Positions 9,652-18,770 of a stretch of DNA of 64,000 nt are shown here, one piece after another (position 1 is the stretch's first letter; every line of letters starts with the position of its first letter). The notes below the pieces were generated by a model. It saw nothing but the letters and a program-made list of their open reading frames with translations. It was not told the DNA's origin and did no database searches. Origin of the DNA: Desulfobacterales bacterium (GTDB taxonomy: Bacteria; Desulfobacterota; Desulfobacteria; Desulfobacterales; UBA5852); the NCBI GenBank assembly GCA_963674755.2, contig CAXXVS010000002.1, forward strand, positions 2,336,001 through 2,400,000, given 5' to 3'. The position numbers and the translations under genes were made by a program.

Positions 9652-10530
9652 TTACCCCGCGCCCGCGATCAGGAAGACGCCGACAAAAATCAAGAGGGCC
9701 GAAACCATCCGCTGCCGGACATGGCGCTCCTTGAGGACCAGGGCCCCCAGCAGAACCGAGAACACGATGCTGATCTGCCGCAGCCCCACCACGTAGCTGA
9801 CCCGTTCGAGAGAAAACGCTACCAGGATCAGGAAATAGCCGAAAATGCCCAATACGCCGCACACCAGGATCGAACGGCGGTTGGCGCGCCATTCCCGCCC
9901 CAGGGCGCCCCTGTGCCGGGCAACGGCCACATAGGCCGACAGCAGGGCCATGCTGAACCAGGGGTAGATGAAGGCGAAGGCCACCGGATGAAAACGCTCC
10001 ACGGCCTGCTTGTCCACAAGGGAATAGGCGGCCACGGCCAGCAGGGTCAGGAAGGCATAGCGGGTGCCGTCATCGTAGCGGAAATTGCGCAGGGGCCGGA
10101 GCAGGGCCTTCGGCGTCAGGTGATCGAGGCTGATGGTGTAGACCCCTATCGCCGCCAGAAGGACCCCCGCCGCCCCCGGCAGGCTCACCTGCTCTCCCAT
10201 GAACAACACGGCCAGCACCAGGACCAGGGCCGGGGCGGAGCGCGAAATAGGATAAACCCGGGACAGATCGCCGGTTTCCAGGGACCGTGCCAGCCAGAGC
10301 CAATAGAGGAAATGCAGCAGGCCGGAGAGCAGGGCCATGGGCCAGATGCCGTCCAGGTCGAAGGCCCGGCGCCAAAGTCCATAGACGAAGACCGGCGCAA
10401 AGAAGGCCAACCCCAGCAATTCGTACCACCAGACGAAGACCTGCTTGTCGTGCGCCGTCTTGGTCAGGAAGTTCCTGACCGCGTGCATGGCGGCGGAGAT
10501 CAGGACCAGGACGACGGCCGTCGTATTCAC
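9652..10530 (-). CDS. EamA/DMT transporter
   Basis: About 10 TMs, GDLSRVYPISR. Confidence 0.88.
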   Translation of the reverse strand: MNTTAVVLVLISAAMHAVRNFLTKTAHDKQVFVWWYELLGLAFFAPVFVYGLWRRAFDLDGIWPMALLSGLLHFLYWLWLARSLETGDLSRVYPISRSAPALVLVLAVLFMGEQVSLPGAAGVLLAAIGVYTISLDHLTPKALLRPLRNFRYDDGTRYAFLTLLAVAAYSLVDKQAVERFHPVAFAFIYPWFSMALLSAYVAVARHRGALGREWRANRRSILVCGVLGIFGYFLILVAFSLERVSYVVGLRQISIVFSVLLGALVLKERHVRQRMVSALLIFVGVFLIAGAG

Positions 10531-10560
10531 AGCACACCATCTCCCCGGTGCCCGGGGCTT

Positions 10561-11541
10561 TCAGGCCTGAGACAGGGTGGCATCGGGAGCCAGATAGTGG
10601 CGCACATAGTCATCCACCGCCTCCTCGAGAGAGCGGCAGGGGGTCGACCATCCGGCGGCCTGCAGCTTCGTGAGATCGGCACAGGTGTAATACTGGTACT
10701 TGCCGCGCAGGTCCTCCGGCATGGGGATGTAGTCGATGTTCAGAGGGCGGTCGGCTGCTTTGAAAAGCGCCGCGGCGACATCGTTCCAGGATTGGGCCCG
10801 GCCCGTACCGATGTTGAAGAGTCCGCCGATCTCGGGCCGCTCGAGGAAGTGCAGGGTCATGGCCACCGCATCCTTGACGTAGATGAAATCCCGCAGCTGT
10901 TCGCCGTCCCCGTAGTCCGGGCGGTGGGATTTGAAAAGGCGCATCAGGCCCTCGTCGCGCACCTGGGGGTAGGCCTTGTTGATGACGCTGCGCATGTCGC
11001 CCTTGTGGGTTTCGTTGGGGCCGAAGACATTGAAATACTTCAGCCCCACGATGTTTTTCAGCCAGCCGTTGCGCCGGGCCATCAGATCGAAAAGATGTTT
11101 GGAATAGCCGTACATGTTCAGCGGGCGCAATTCATCCAGCTTCGCTTCGTCGTCGGCATAGCCCCGGGCGCCGTCACCATAGGTCGCGGCGCTGGAGGCG
11201 TAGATCAGGCGGCAGCGGGGATGGTCTTCCCGCCAGGCGGCAATGCGGGCCGTATAGCGGGTGTTGTTCTCCATCAGGTAATCGGCATCCTTTTCCGTCG
11301 TGGCGGAGCAGGCCCCCATGTGGAGGATGGCCCGCAGACCGTCGCCGAAATCGCCCCGGGCCAGCCGCTCGATGAACACGGTCTTGTCCAGATAGTCGGC
11401 GAAGCGCAGCCCCACCAGGTTTTTCCACTTCTCGGTCTGATGCAGCTGATCGACGACGAGGATATCCTCCTCGCCGCGCCCGTTGAGGGCCCAGATCAGT
11501 GCGCTGCCGATGAATCCGGCCCCGCCGGTAACGACAATCAT
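10561..11541 (-). CDS. hldD: ADP-L-glycero-D-manno-heptose 6-epimerase
   Basis: MIVVTGGAGFIGS, HMGACSATT, YASSAATYG, PLNMYGYSK, YFNVFGPNE, KYQYYT. Confidence 0.95.
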   Translation of the reverse strand: MIVVTGGAGFIGSALIWALNGRGEEDILVVDQLHQTEKWKNLVGLRFADYLDKTVFIERLARGDFGDGLRAILHMGACSATTEKDADYLMENNTRYTARIAAWREDHPRCRLIYASSAATYGDGARGYADDEAKLDELRPLNMYGYSKHLFDLMARRNGWLKNIVGLKYFNVFGPNETHKGDMRSVINKAYPQVRDEGLMRLFKSHRPDYGDGEQLRDFIYVKDAVAMTLHFLERPEIGGLFNIGTGRAQSWNDVAAALFKAADRPLNIDYIPMPEDLRGKYQYYTCADLTKLQAAGWSTPCRSLEEAVDDYVRHYLAPDATLSQA

Positions 11542-11965
11542 GGCTGTATGCGCTCCTTTCCGCTTTCTATTTTCCTGTCACACCTAAGTGAGCCCTCCTT
11601 CCGCATAGAAAGGAGGCCTCAGATAGTCCCCTCAAAGAGGGCTTGAAGAAGGTTTTATTCTTTGATTTTCATGATTCCCTTTGTCCCGCGACGACGCGCA
11701 GGGCAGCCCCCAAGGGGCCGCGGGGCACGGGCGTTTGAAGCCTGTCACGCCGAGGCGTGATTGCTTCTGTTTTCTTTCACGTGAAAGAAAATGAAGAAAC
11801 CATCTATGGAAAAGTGCACCGGATCGTTAAACCCTCTCCGAGACCTCCACCAAGGGCAAAGGGCTGAGATCCCCGTCCCGGCCAATACGCCGGCTGATGT
11901 CCCGCCCTTGTCTCCCAATTCCATCCAGGTGTCAAGACCACCCGATAGGACGGGATGCGAGGCCC

Positions 11966-12712
11966 TCATGCTTCCGACGGGCCATAGGGGCCGCCGGAAT
12001 CCGGGGTGCATTCGTAACGCCACCCTTCCCGGCGCGCCCACAGCCGATGGCGGGGCCCCGGCGTATCGATGTCCAATTGATCGTAAGCCTGATCCCCGCT
12101 GTAGAGAAAACAGGTGTCCTTCCCGCGGGGGACCACCTTCGGAGCAAAATGGTAGGCCGGGACCTGGGCGGCGGTGGACAGGGTCGCGTCACGGCTGGCA
12201 AACGATGCCAGGTGATGCAGGGTAACCCAGGTGGGCGGGAAGAACGGCATGCGGCCGGTGCGATGCCGCGCCAGCGCTTCATGGGGGGCCAGCCAGCAAT
12301 GGTCATGAATCTCACCCTGGTCGATGCGCACCGGCATCCCGGGCGAGGCCGCCAGGAAGAACCAGGTATCGAACCGCCGGGGCATCTCCACGGGTGCGGT
12401 CCAGCGCGACAGGGGCACCACGGCCTCGGTTGCCACGGTCAGTCCGGTCTCTTCGGCCAGTTCCCGGACAGCCGCACGGCGGGCAGTGGTCTGACAGGCC
12501 GGCCAATCGTCGGCCGGGCCGTCCACCGGTTCCACCGCTCCGCCGGGGAAAACCCAGGCCCCGGCAAAGGCCGACAGCTCCCGGCTGCGGCGCAGCAGCA
12601 GAACTTCCAGACCGGCCGCGCCGTCCCGCAGGATCACCAGCGTGGCCGCCGGCCGCGCCGGCGGCCCATCCGCATCATCGATATCCGCGTTTCGTTTCAG
12701 ATTCAGGTTCAT
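11966..12712 (-). CDS. NUDIX hydrolase
   Basis: WVFPGG...AAVRELAEETGL, RRFDTWFF. Confidence 0.88.
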   Translation of the reverse strand: MNLNLKRNADIDDADGPPARPAATLVILRDGAAGLEVLLLRRSRELSAFAGAWVFPGGAVEPVDGPADDWPACQTTARRAAVRELAEETGLTVATEAVVPLSRWTAPVEMPRRFDTWFFLAASPGMPVRIDQGEIHDHCWLAPHEALARHRTGRMPFFPPTWVTLHHLASFASRDATLSTAAQVPAYHFAPKVVPRGKDTCFLYSGDQAYDQLDIDTPGPRHRLWARREGWRYECTPDSGGPYGPSEA

Positions 12713-12736
12713 AACGTCCTTGCGTATTTGAAAGCA

Positions 12737-13864
12737 TCAGCGTGTCCGGCCCCGGGCGTCCACCGGCCACACCTGGACGCCGTCACCATCCCGCACCACC
12801 AGGCGGTCGGTCAGGTTGACCACCGGGCAGGCGTGGTTCGGGATAAACCGCAGGCAGGTTCCCAGGGGCAGATCCGGACCATGGCGGGGGATGAAGCCGT
12901 GCTCTTCCGACAGGCGCACCAGCATCCGCGCCTGCCCCGCCGCGCCGAACCGCTCCAGGGGCCAGCCCACGGCAAAACCGTCGGCCGCGGCCGCGCCGTG
13001 GGCGCCGCCATCAGAGCTGAAGGTCTTGGAACCGGCATCCACGATCAAAAAATCCGCGTTGCGGCTGATGACCGTGGCCAGCACCGTGAGGGCAATCTGC
13101 GCCCGCCTGACCAGCCCCAACCGCAGGGGCGTCCGATCCATGAAGACATAGTTGCCCGGGCGGATTTCGGTGATCCCGTCAAACCGTTCGGCCGCCAGGA
13201 CGGTGGGCGTCGACCCCACCGATATCTCGGGAACCGCCAGGCCGGCCGCCGTCAGACGGTGGGCCACGGCCAGCATGGTCCGGCGCTCGTCCTCGGCGAT
13301 AGCCGCGACCTCAGCGCGATTGGCCGCGCCATAGGCGTGCCCGGCATGGGAGAGCAAACCGACCAGCCGCAGCCAGGGGTGGGCCTGGATCCTTTCGGCC
13401 AGGGTCCGGATGGCGGGGTCGTCGGGGCGGCAGCCGCAACGGTGCAACCCCACATCGATTTTGATGGAAACGCCCGTGACCAGGCGATGGGCCTCGGCCC
13501 GGCCGGCCAGCAGGTCCAGCCCGGGCCGGCTGTCCACGATCCAGCGCACCTCGCAGGCCTGGGCTTTGGCAGCCGCCATCAGACGGTCCACTTTGGCGGC
13601 GATCATCTGGGGTTGGGCCAGGGTGACGGAGGAAATACCGTCGCGGATGAACACCAAGGCCTCGTCCACCTTGGCGGCCGTGATGCCGCAGGCGCCGGCC
13701 GCCATCTGCCGCCGGGCGATGGCCAGGCTCTTGTGGGTCTTGATGTGGGGCCGCAGCCGAAGCCCACGGTCACGGGCCAGGGCCTGCATGGCATCGATGT
13801 TGTCATCGAGGATTTGCCGCTCGATGACAACGGCCGGCGTTTCCAGGGGCAGGGGCGGGGTCAT
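12737..13864 (-). CDS. Fold-type III PLP enzyme (D-threonine aldolase/D-serine dehydratase family)
   Basis: LETPAVVI, LRPHIKTHK, SHAGH, GSTPT, EIRPGNYVF, SEEHG, PNHAC. Confidence 0.88.
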   Translation of the reverse strand: MTPPLPLETPAVVIERQILDDNIDAMQALARDRGLRLRPHIKTHKSLAIARRQMAAGACGITAAKVDEALVFIRDGISSVTLAQPQMIAAKVDRLMAAAKAQACEVRWIVDSRPGLDLLAGRAEAHRLVTGVSIKIDVGLHRCGCRPDDPAIRTLAERIQAHPWLRLVGLLSHAGHAYGAANRAEVAAIAEDERRTMLAVAHRLTAAGLAVPEISVGSTPTVLAAERFDGITEIRPGNYVFMDRTPLRLGLVRRAQIALTVLATVISRNADFLIVDAGSKTFSSDGGAHGAAAADGFAVGWPLERFGAAGQARMLVRLSEEHGFIPRHGPDLPLGTCLRFIPNHACPVVNLTDRLVVRDGDGVQVWPVDARGRTR

Positions 13865-13927
13865 GGTCGTTTGACCGGCGTCTCCGCCAAGTCCATGGAC
13901 CTGGGGGCGGAGCGTTTTTCAGCCGGG

Positions 13928-14023
13928 CTAGTCCTTGCGTTTGGGCTTCTTCCTGGGGCGCTTCTTGCCGGTGGTCCCGCGCCAGATCTTGCCGCGTTTA
14001 CTGCGTCGATCACCTTTACCCAT
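13928..14023 (-). CDS. 30S ribosomal protein bTHX (31 aa), absent from the ORF track
   Basis: Hand translation [31 protein letters not shown]; strong RBS GGAGGAG at 14031-14037. Confidence 0.92.
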   Translation of the reverse strand: MGKGDRRSKRGKIWRGTTGKKRPRKKPKRKD

Positions 14024-14185
14024 GGGAATTCTCCTCCTTGGTTCGAATGGCCAATCACTCGTCAGGATCGATGGCTATCCATATACCCTTCCCCTGGGCA
14101 GGGCAACCCCTGCCCCCCGACCTTTCAGGCCCGTCCGGCCGTGCCCCCCGATCGCTTCGCATCCGGCGTGGTGCCTGCCCCCCAA

Positions 14186-14227
14186 ATCCGGCATCCAGCA
14201 TCAAGCATCCAGTATCCAGACCCCAGC
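14186..14227. repeat. Six degenerate 7-bp tandem units (ATCCAGC consensus)
   Basis: ATCCGGC ATCCAGC ATCAAGC ATCCAGT ATCCAGA CCCCAGC. Confidence 0.8.
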
Positions 14228-14228
14228 A

Positions 14229-15341
14229 TCAAAGCTTTTCTTCGCACCAGGCGCGGATGATATCCGTGTAGATGGCCACGGCCGCTTCGATGTTCGACAG
14301 CCGGACGAATTCATCGGTCTGGTGGGCCTGGGACGGCTCGCCCGGGCCGAGGATGACCGTGGGCGGGGCCTGACCGGCGCTACGCAGCGCCGCCGCATCA
14401 GTGAAATAAGCCGCGCCCCGGGGCAGCGGCCGTGTGCCGATCCTCTTCTCCACCACATCGAAGACCTGCCGCACCCACGCATCGGCCGGGTCATTGGCCA
14501 CGCTGGCCATATCGGCCAGGGTGCGGATCTCGACCGGGGCATCGCTGCAGCGCGCCACGGCCTCCCGCAGGGCATCGTGGTCCACCCCCGGAATGGTGCG
14601 GATATCCAGGCTGATGACGGCCCGATCCGGTACGGAGTTGATGTTGAGGCCGCCGTGGAGCATGCCCACGCTGAGGGTGGGCGGCCCCAGCACCGGATGG
14701 GGCTTTTCCGCAAAGGTCCACCCTTCCAGACGCCGGGTCAGGTGGGCGGCCTTGTAGACGGCATTGTCCCCCAGCTCCGGGGCGGATCCATGGGCCGTGC
14801 GGCCGGTGACCTCGATTTCCAGCCACAGGACCCCTTTGTGGCCCACCAGCGGCACATTGGCCGTGGGCTCTCCCACCACCAGGGCGCCCAGGCGCTCCGG
14901 CAACAGGCCGTGCGCGGCCAGATAGCGGGCCCCTTCGCAGCCGTTTTCCTCCCCGGCGGTGAGCACCAGACAGACCTCGGGACGGGGGCCCACGGCGCAA
15001 GCCGCCGCCACCATGGCCGCCACCCCGCTTTTCATATCGCTGGCCCCGCGGCCGTATAGCCGGTCGCCGGCGATGGTACCGGCCAGGGGATCCCGGGCCC
15101 AGGGCGCCTCCCCCAGGGGCACCGTATCCAGGTGCCCGGACAGGCAAAGCTGCGGCCGATCCAAGGTGCCGGCACCCCGGGCAATCAGATTGGTGCGCCC
15201 CTCCGCAAATTCATAGGCCTGTACATCGAACCCGGCCGCCTCCAGCCGATCGGCTAAAAAGCGGGCGCAGGCGTCTTCATCACCCGGTGGATTGCGGGTG
15301 TCGAACCGGACCAGTTGTCGGGTCAGCTCAATGGCATTCAT
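14229..15341 (-). CDS. M20 metallo-hydrolase (ArgE/DapE family)
   Basis: SGHLDTVP, YGRGASDMKSG, GEE, GEPT, AHQTDE. Confidence 0.9.
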   Translation of the reverse strand: MNAIELTRQLVRFDTRNPPGDEDACARFLADRLEAAGFDVQAYEFAEGRTNLIARGAGTLDRPQLCLSGHLDTVPLGEAPWARDPLAGTIAGDRLYGRGASDMKSGVAAMVAAACAVGPRPEVCLVLTAGEENGCEGARYLAAHGLLPERLGALVVGEPTANVPLVGHKGVLWLEIEVTGRTAHGSAPELGDNAVYKAAHLTRRLEGWTFAEKPHPVLGPPTLSVGMLHGGLNINSVPDRAVISLDIRTIPGVDHDALREAVARCSDAPVEIRTLADMASVANDPADAWVRQVFDVVEKRIGTRPLPRGAAYFTDAAALRSAGQAPPTVILGPGEPSQAHQTDEFVRLSNIEAAVAIYTDIIRAWCEEKL

Positions 15342-15552
15342 AGCAATGGCCCCCTGTGGCGCTATGTTATCGGTGATCCGTGTATAACCTCAGGTCCTTC
15401 TCTATAGAATGCCATCGTCCGCTACAATAGTTTTCCGGTGGGGGTGCCTGAAGCACAAGGGGATTGAAACCAGCGGTTGGCAGGCGGCGATTCGGTCTTA
15501 ATTTGTCGGGATATCTGTTTCCCCGCCCCTACTGCCAAGGAGATGAACGCCC

Positions 15553-17325
15553 ATGACGATCTGGCTGGTAACGGCAATCCTGCTGGTGACGCTGATCCTT
15601 CTGATCACCGACAAGGCGCCGGTGGACCTGGTGGCCGTGGGCATCATGGTGGCCCTGACCGTGACGGGCATCCTGGAGCCGGGCCAAGCCGTGGCCGGGT
15701 TTGCCAACCCGGCGGTCATCACGGTGGCCGCCATGTTTCTCATGAGCCGGGGCATGATCCGCACCGGTGCGGTGGGCTTCATCGGCCAGCGCGTCATCAA
15801 GGGGTCACGGGGCAACCCCCATCGGGCGCTCCTCATGAGCCTGCTGATCGTGGCCGCGGCCTCGGCCTTTATCAACAACACGCCGGTGGTGGTCCTCTTC
15901 ATCCCCATCATGATGGCCGTCAGCTGCGAGTTCGGGATCAGTCCCTCCAAATTCCTGATCCCGATTTCCTACGCCTCCATCCTGGCGGGCACCTGCACCC
16001 TGGTGGGCACCTCCACCAACATCATCGTCAGCAACCTCAGTATCCAGGCCGGCTACGCACCGATCGCGATGTTCGAACTGGCCTGGGTGGGTCTGCCGGT
16101 GGCCCTGATCGGCATCCTGTTCCTGACCCTGACGGCCTCGCGTTTCCTGCCAGGCCATGCCGCCGCCACCTGCCATGTGGAAGGCGGGAAAAACCGCGCC
16201 TACCTGGCCGAGCTCCGACTGCCAGGCCGCAGCGCCCTTATCGGCCGTACGCCGGCCGGCCTGGCCGACAGCCACCCGGCCGTCGGCATCATCGAGGTGG
16301 TGCGGGGATCGGACATCCACTACCCGGACGAGGCCGGCCTGCGCCTGGCCCCCGGAGATCTGCTCCTGGTCAAAAGCTCGGCCACGGACCTGGTGGCCCT
16401 CTTGGCCGCGGGGATGGTCGAACTGCCCCATGAAGACGCTGATTTCACCAAGGCCGGATCCGACCCGCAACACCTCATCGTGGAGCTGGTCATTCCCCCG
16501 GGATCCGGCCTGCTGGGGGCCCGGGTGCCGGATACCCGGCTGTTCAGGGACGAGGAGATCCAGATCCTGGCCATCAAACGCCGCAGTCATCACTATGCCG
16601 ATCTTAAAATCCGCACCCGGCGCCTGCGGGTGGGGGATATCCTGCTGGTGCGCTCGCCGATCGACAAAGTGGCCAGCCTGCGCAGCGAGGGCGACTTCAT
16701 CGTGATCGAGGACGTCCATCACGAAATCGTCCACAAGCGCCTGGCCGGACGGGCCCTGCTGATCTTCGGGGGGGTCGTGATCGCGGCCGCGACAGGGCTG
16801 CTGTCCATCATGGTGGCGGCCATGGCCGGAGTGCTCCTGATGATTCTGACCGGCTGCCTCCAGTTGCGCACGGCCTATCGGGAGCTGCGGGCGGATGTGC
16901 TGCTCCTGATCGTGGGCACCATCGCCCTGGGGCAGGCCATGCAGGCCACCGGTGCCACGGAATTGTACGCCCATGCCTTTCTGAAACTTTTTGCCGGGGC
17001 CGGACCCTCGGTGGTGCTGGCGGGGTTTCTCCTGCTCACCAGCCTCGGCACCCAGATCCTGAGCAACAATGCCACAGCGGTGCTGCTCCTGCCGGTGGCC
17101 ATCTCCACGGCCCTCACCCTGGGGGTCGACCCACGCCCCTTCATCATCGCCGTCTGCCTGGGAGCCAGCGCCTGTTTTGCTTCCCCCATCGGCTACCAGA
17201 CCAACCTGATGGTCTACGGGCCGGGCAACTATCGTTTCGTGGATTATCTCAAACTGGGACTGCCCCTCAATCTGATCGTGATCACCGGCGGGGCCGTCCT
17301 GATCCCCTACTTCTGGCCCTTTTAA
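15553..17325 (+). CDS. SLC13/DASS permease with TrkA-C domains
   Basis: SAFINNTPVV, GTSTN, SNNATA, PIGYQTN; soluble central domains. Confidence 0.9.
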   Translation: MTIWLVTAILLVTLILLITDKAPVDLVAVGIMVALTVTGILEPGQAVAGFANPAVITVAAMFLMSRGMIRTGAVGFIGQRVIKGSRGNPHRALLMSLLIVAAASAFINNTPVVVLFIPIMMAVSCEFGISPSKFLIPISYASILAGTCTLVGTSTNIIVSNLSIQAGYAPIAMFELAWVGLPVALIGILFLTLTASRFLPGHAAATCHVEGGKNRAYLAELRLPGRSALIGRTPAGLADSHPAVGIIEVVRGSDIHYPDEAGLRLAPGDLLLVKSSATDLVALLAAGMVELPHEDADFTKAGSDPQHLIVELVIPPGSGLLGARVPDTRLFRDEEIQILAIKRRSHHYADLKIRTRRLRVGDILLVRSPIDKVASLRSEGDFIVIEDVHHEIVHKRLAGRALLIFGGVVIAAATGLLSIMVAAMAGVLLMILTGCLQLRTAYRELRADVLLLIVGTIALGQAMQATGATELYAHAFLKLFAGAGPSVVLAGFLLLTSLGTQILSNNATAVLLLPVAISTALTLGVDPRPFIIAVCLGASACFASPIGYQTNLMVYGPGNYRFVDYLKLGLPLNLIVITGGAVLIPYFWPF

Positions 17326-17361
17326 CGCCAGCGGGAACACACCCTTCCCGAGACGTTAATC

Positions 17362-17609
17362 GTGTCCATCCTGAAATGGTAGATTTTGGTTCCGGCCAAG
17401 GCCGCAGCGATTTGTCCCGCGCGGCGGGGTATTATCCCGCTAGACGGGACTTCCCGTCTGATCCAACCCCGCTGGGGGTGGAAACCACAGGCGCAGCTGA
17501 GCTACGGCGAGGATTTCCAAAGAGTGAGAACGTCGGCTTGTCCGCCAAAGGTGATTTTGTTCACCGGCGGAGGGCCGAGGCTAAAAGATGCTATTTATGG
17601 ATCGACACT
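17362..17609. repeat. Palindromic MITE-like repeat, copy 1
   Basis: GTGTCCATCCTGAAATGGTAGATTTTGGTTCC...GATGCTATTTATGGATCGACACT; shares blocks with 21956-22149 and 41397-41570. Confidence 0.75.
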
Positions 17610-18428
17610 GAAGAGGGGCGCATTCAGGCTGCCCTGCCGGTAGCCTTCCAGATCGAGGGCCACGTAGACAAAGCCAACCGCTTTCAGTCCCTGAACCAGG
17701 CGATGCCGGATGTCGGGCATCAACACCCTGGCCATGGCCGCTTCGCCGGCCAGTTCGAGGCGTGCCACGTCGCCGTGGCAGCGAACACGTCCGCCCTGAA
17801 TACCGAGCGACTCCAGCAGGTCTTCCGCGGCTTCCACCCGGGTCAGCAGCGCCTGGTTCAAGGGGGTGTCATAGGGGATGCGGGAAGCCAGGCAGGCCAT
17901 GGCCGGCCGGTCCCAGTTGGGCAGCCCCAGCTCCCGGGCCAGCTGCCGCACCTCGCTCTTGGTCAGACGGGCCTCCACCAGGGGCGCAATGACCGCCAGT
18001 TCCTCCGCCGCCTGCAGCCCCGGCCGGTAGTCGCCCAGATCGTCCAGATTGGCACCATGGGCCATGTGGGCAATTCCCAGGGCGGCGGCGTGCGCCATGA
18101 GTTGCCGGAAGATCAGTTTTTTGCAGACATAGCAGCGGTCGCGGGTATTGGCACGAAAGCCCGCCTGGTCCATCTCCGTGGTACGGGCCAGAATGTGATG
18201 AACCTTGAGACGACTGCCGATGTCCAGCGCGGCCCGGGTTTCCCGGGCCGGATGCACGGGCGAATCCGCGGTCAGGGCCACCACCCGGTTACCCATCACC
18301 GCCACCGCCGCGGCCAACAGAAGCGTGCTGTCCACACCGCCGGAAAAGGCCACTGCCAGGGACGGCAAGGGGCGCAAGCGATCCTTCAGCTGGTCATATT
18401 TCATCGTTATGTCAGGCGTTAGGGTCAT
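17595..18428 (-). CDS. larE: ATP-dependent sulfur transferase LarE family
   Basis: PP-loop AVAFSGGVDS, RCYVCK, DYRPG, ACLASRIPY, DLEGYRQGS. Confidence 0.88.
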   Translation of the reverse strand: MTLTPDITMKYDQLKDRLRPLPSLAVAFSGGVDSTLLLAAAVAVMGNRVVALTADSPVHPARETRAALDIGSRLKVHHILARTTEMDQAGFRANTRDRCYVCKKLIFRQLMAHAAALGIAHMAHGANLDDLGDYRPGLQAAEELAVIAPLVEARLTKSEVRQLARELGLPNWDRPAMACLASRIPYDTPLNQALLTRVEAAEDLLESLGIQGGRVRCHGDVARLELAGEAAMARVLMPDIRHRLVQGLKAVGFVYVALDLEGYRQGSLNAPLFSVDP

Positions 18429-18770
18429 CGCACGACCTTGCCCCGGCCCGGGGCCTGGAATTGATTCATGGAATGCGCCGCAGCATAGCGGAATTTGGTT
18501 CCTGCGGCAAATTAATCATTGCCAATCAAGGCTCAATTCCTGTAAAGGACATAGTTTAATGACCCTCCTATTTATTGATGGTCCGTTACAATGCGTCTAT
18601 TTCAGGAAACAGGTATCAACCGGTGCAGCCCACCATGGTAAACGGTGTGGGACCTGGGAAAACACAAATCATCCCATGGACCGCACCTGCCGGATACGCG
18701 CCTGATACCGGAAACAACGCTGAGTTGGATGATTTCGGCGGCATCAACATTCAGACCTGAAGGGGTTTTT

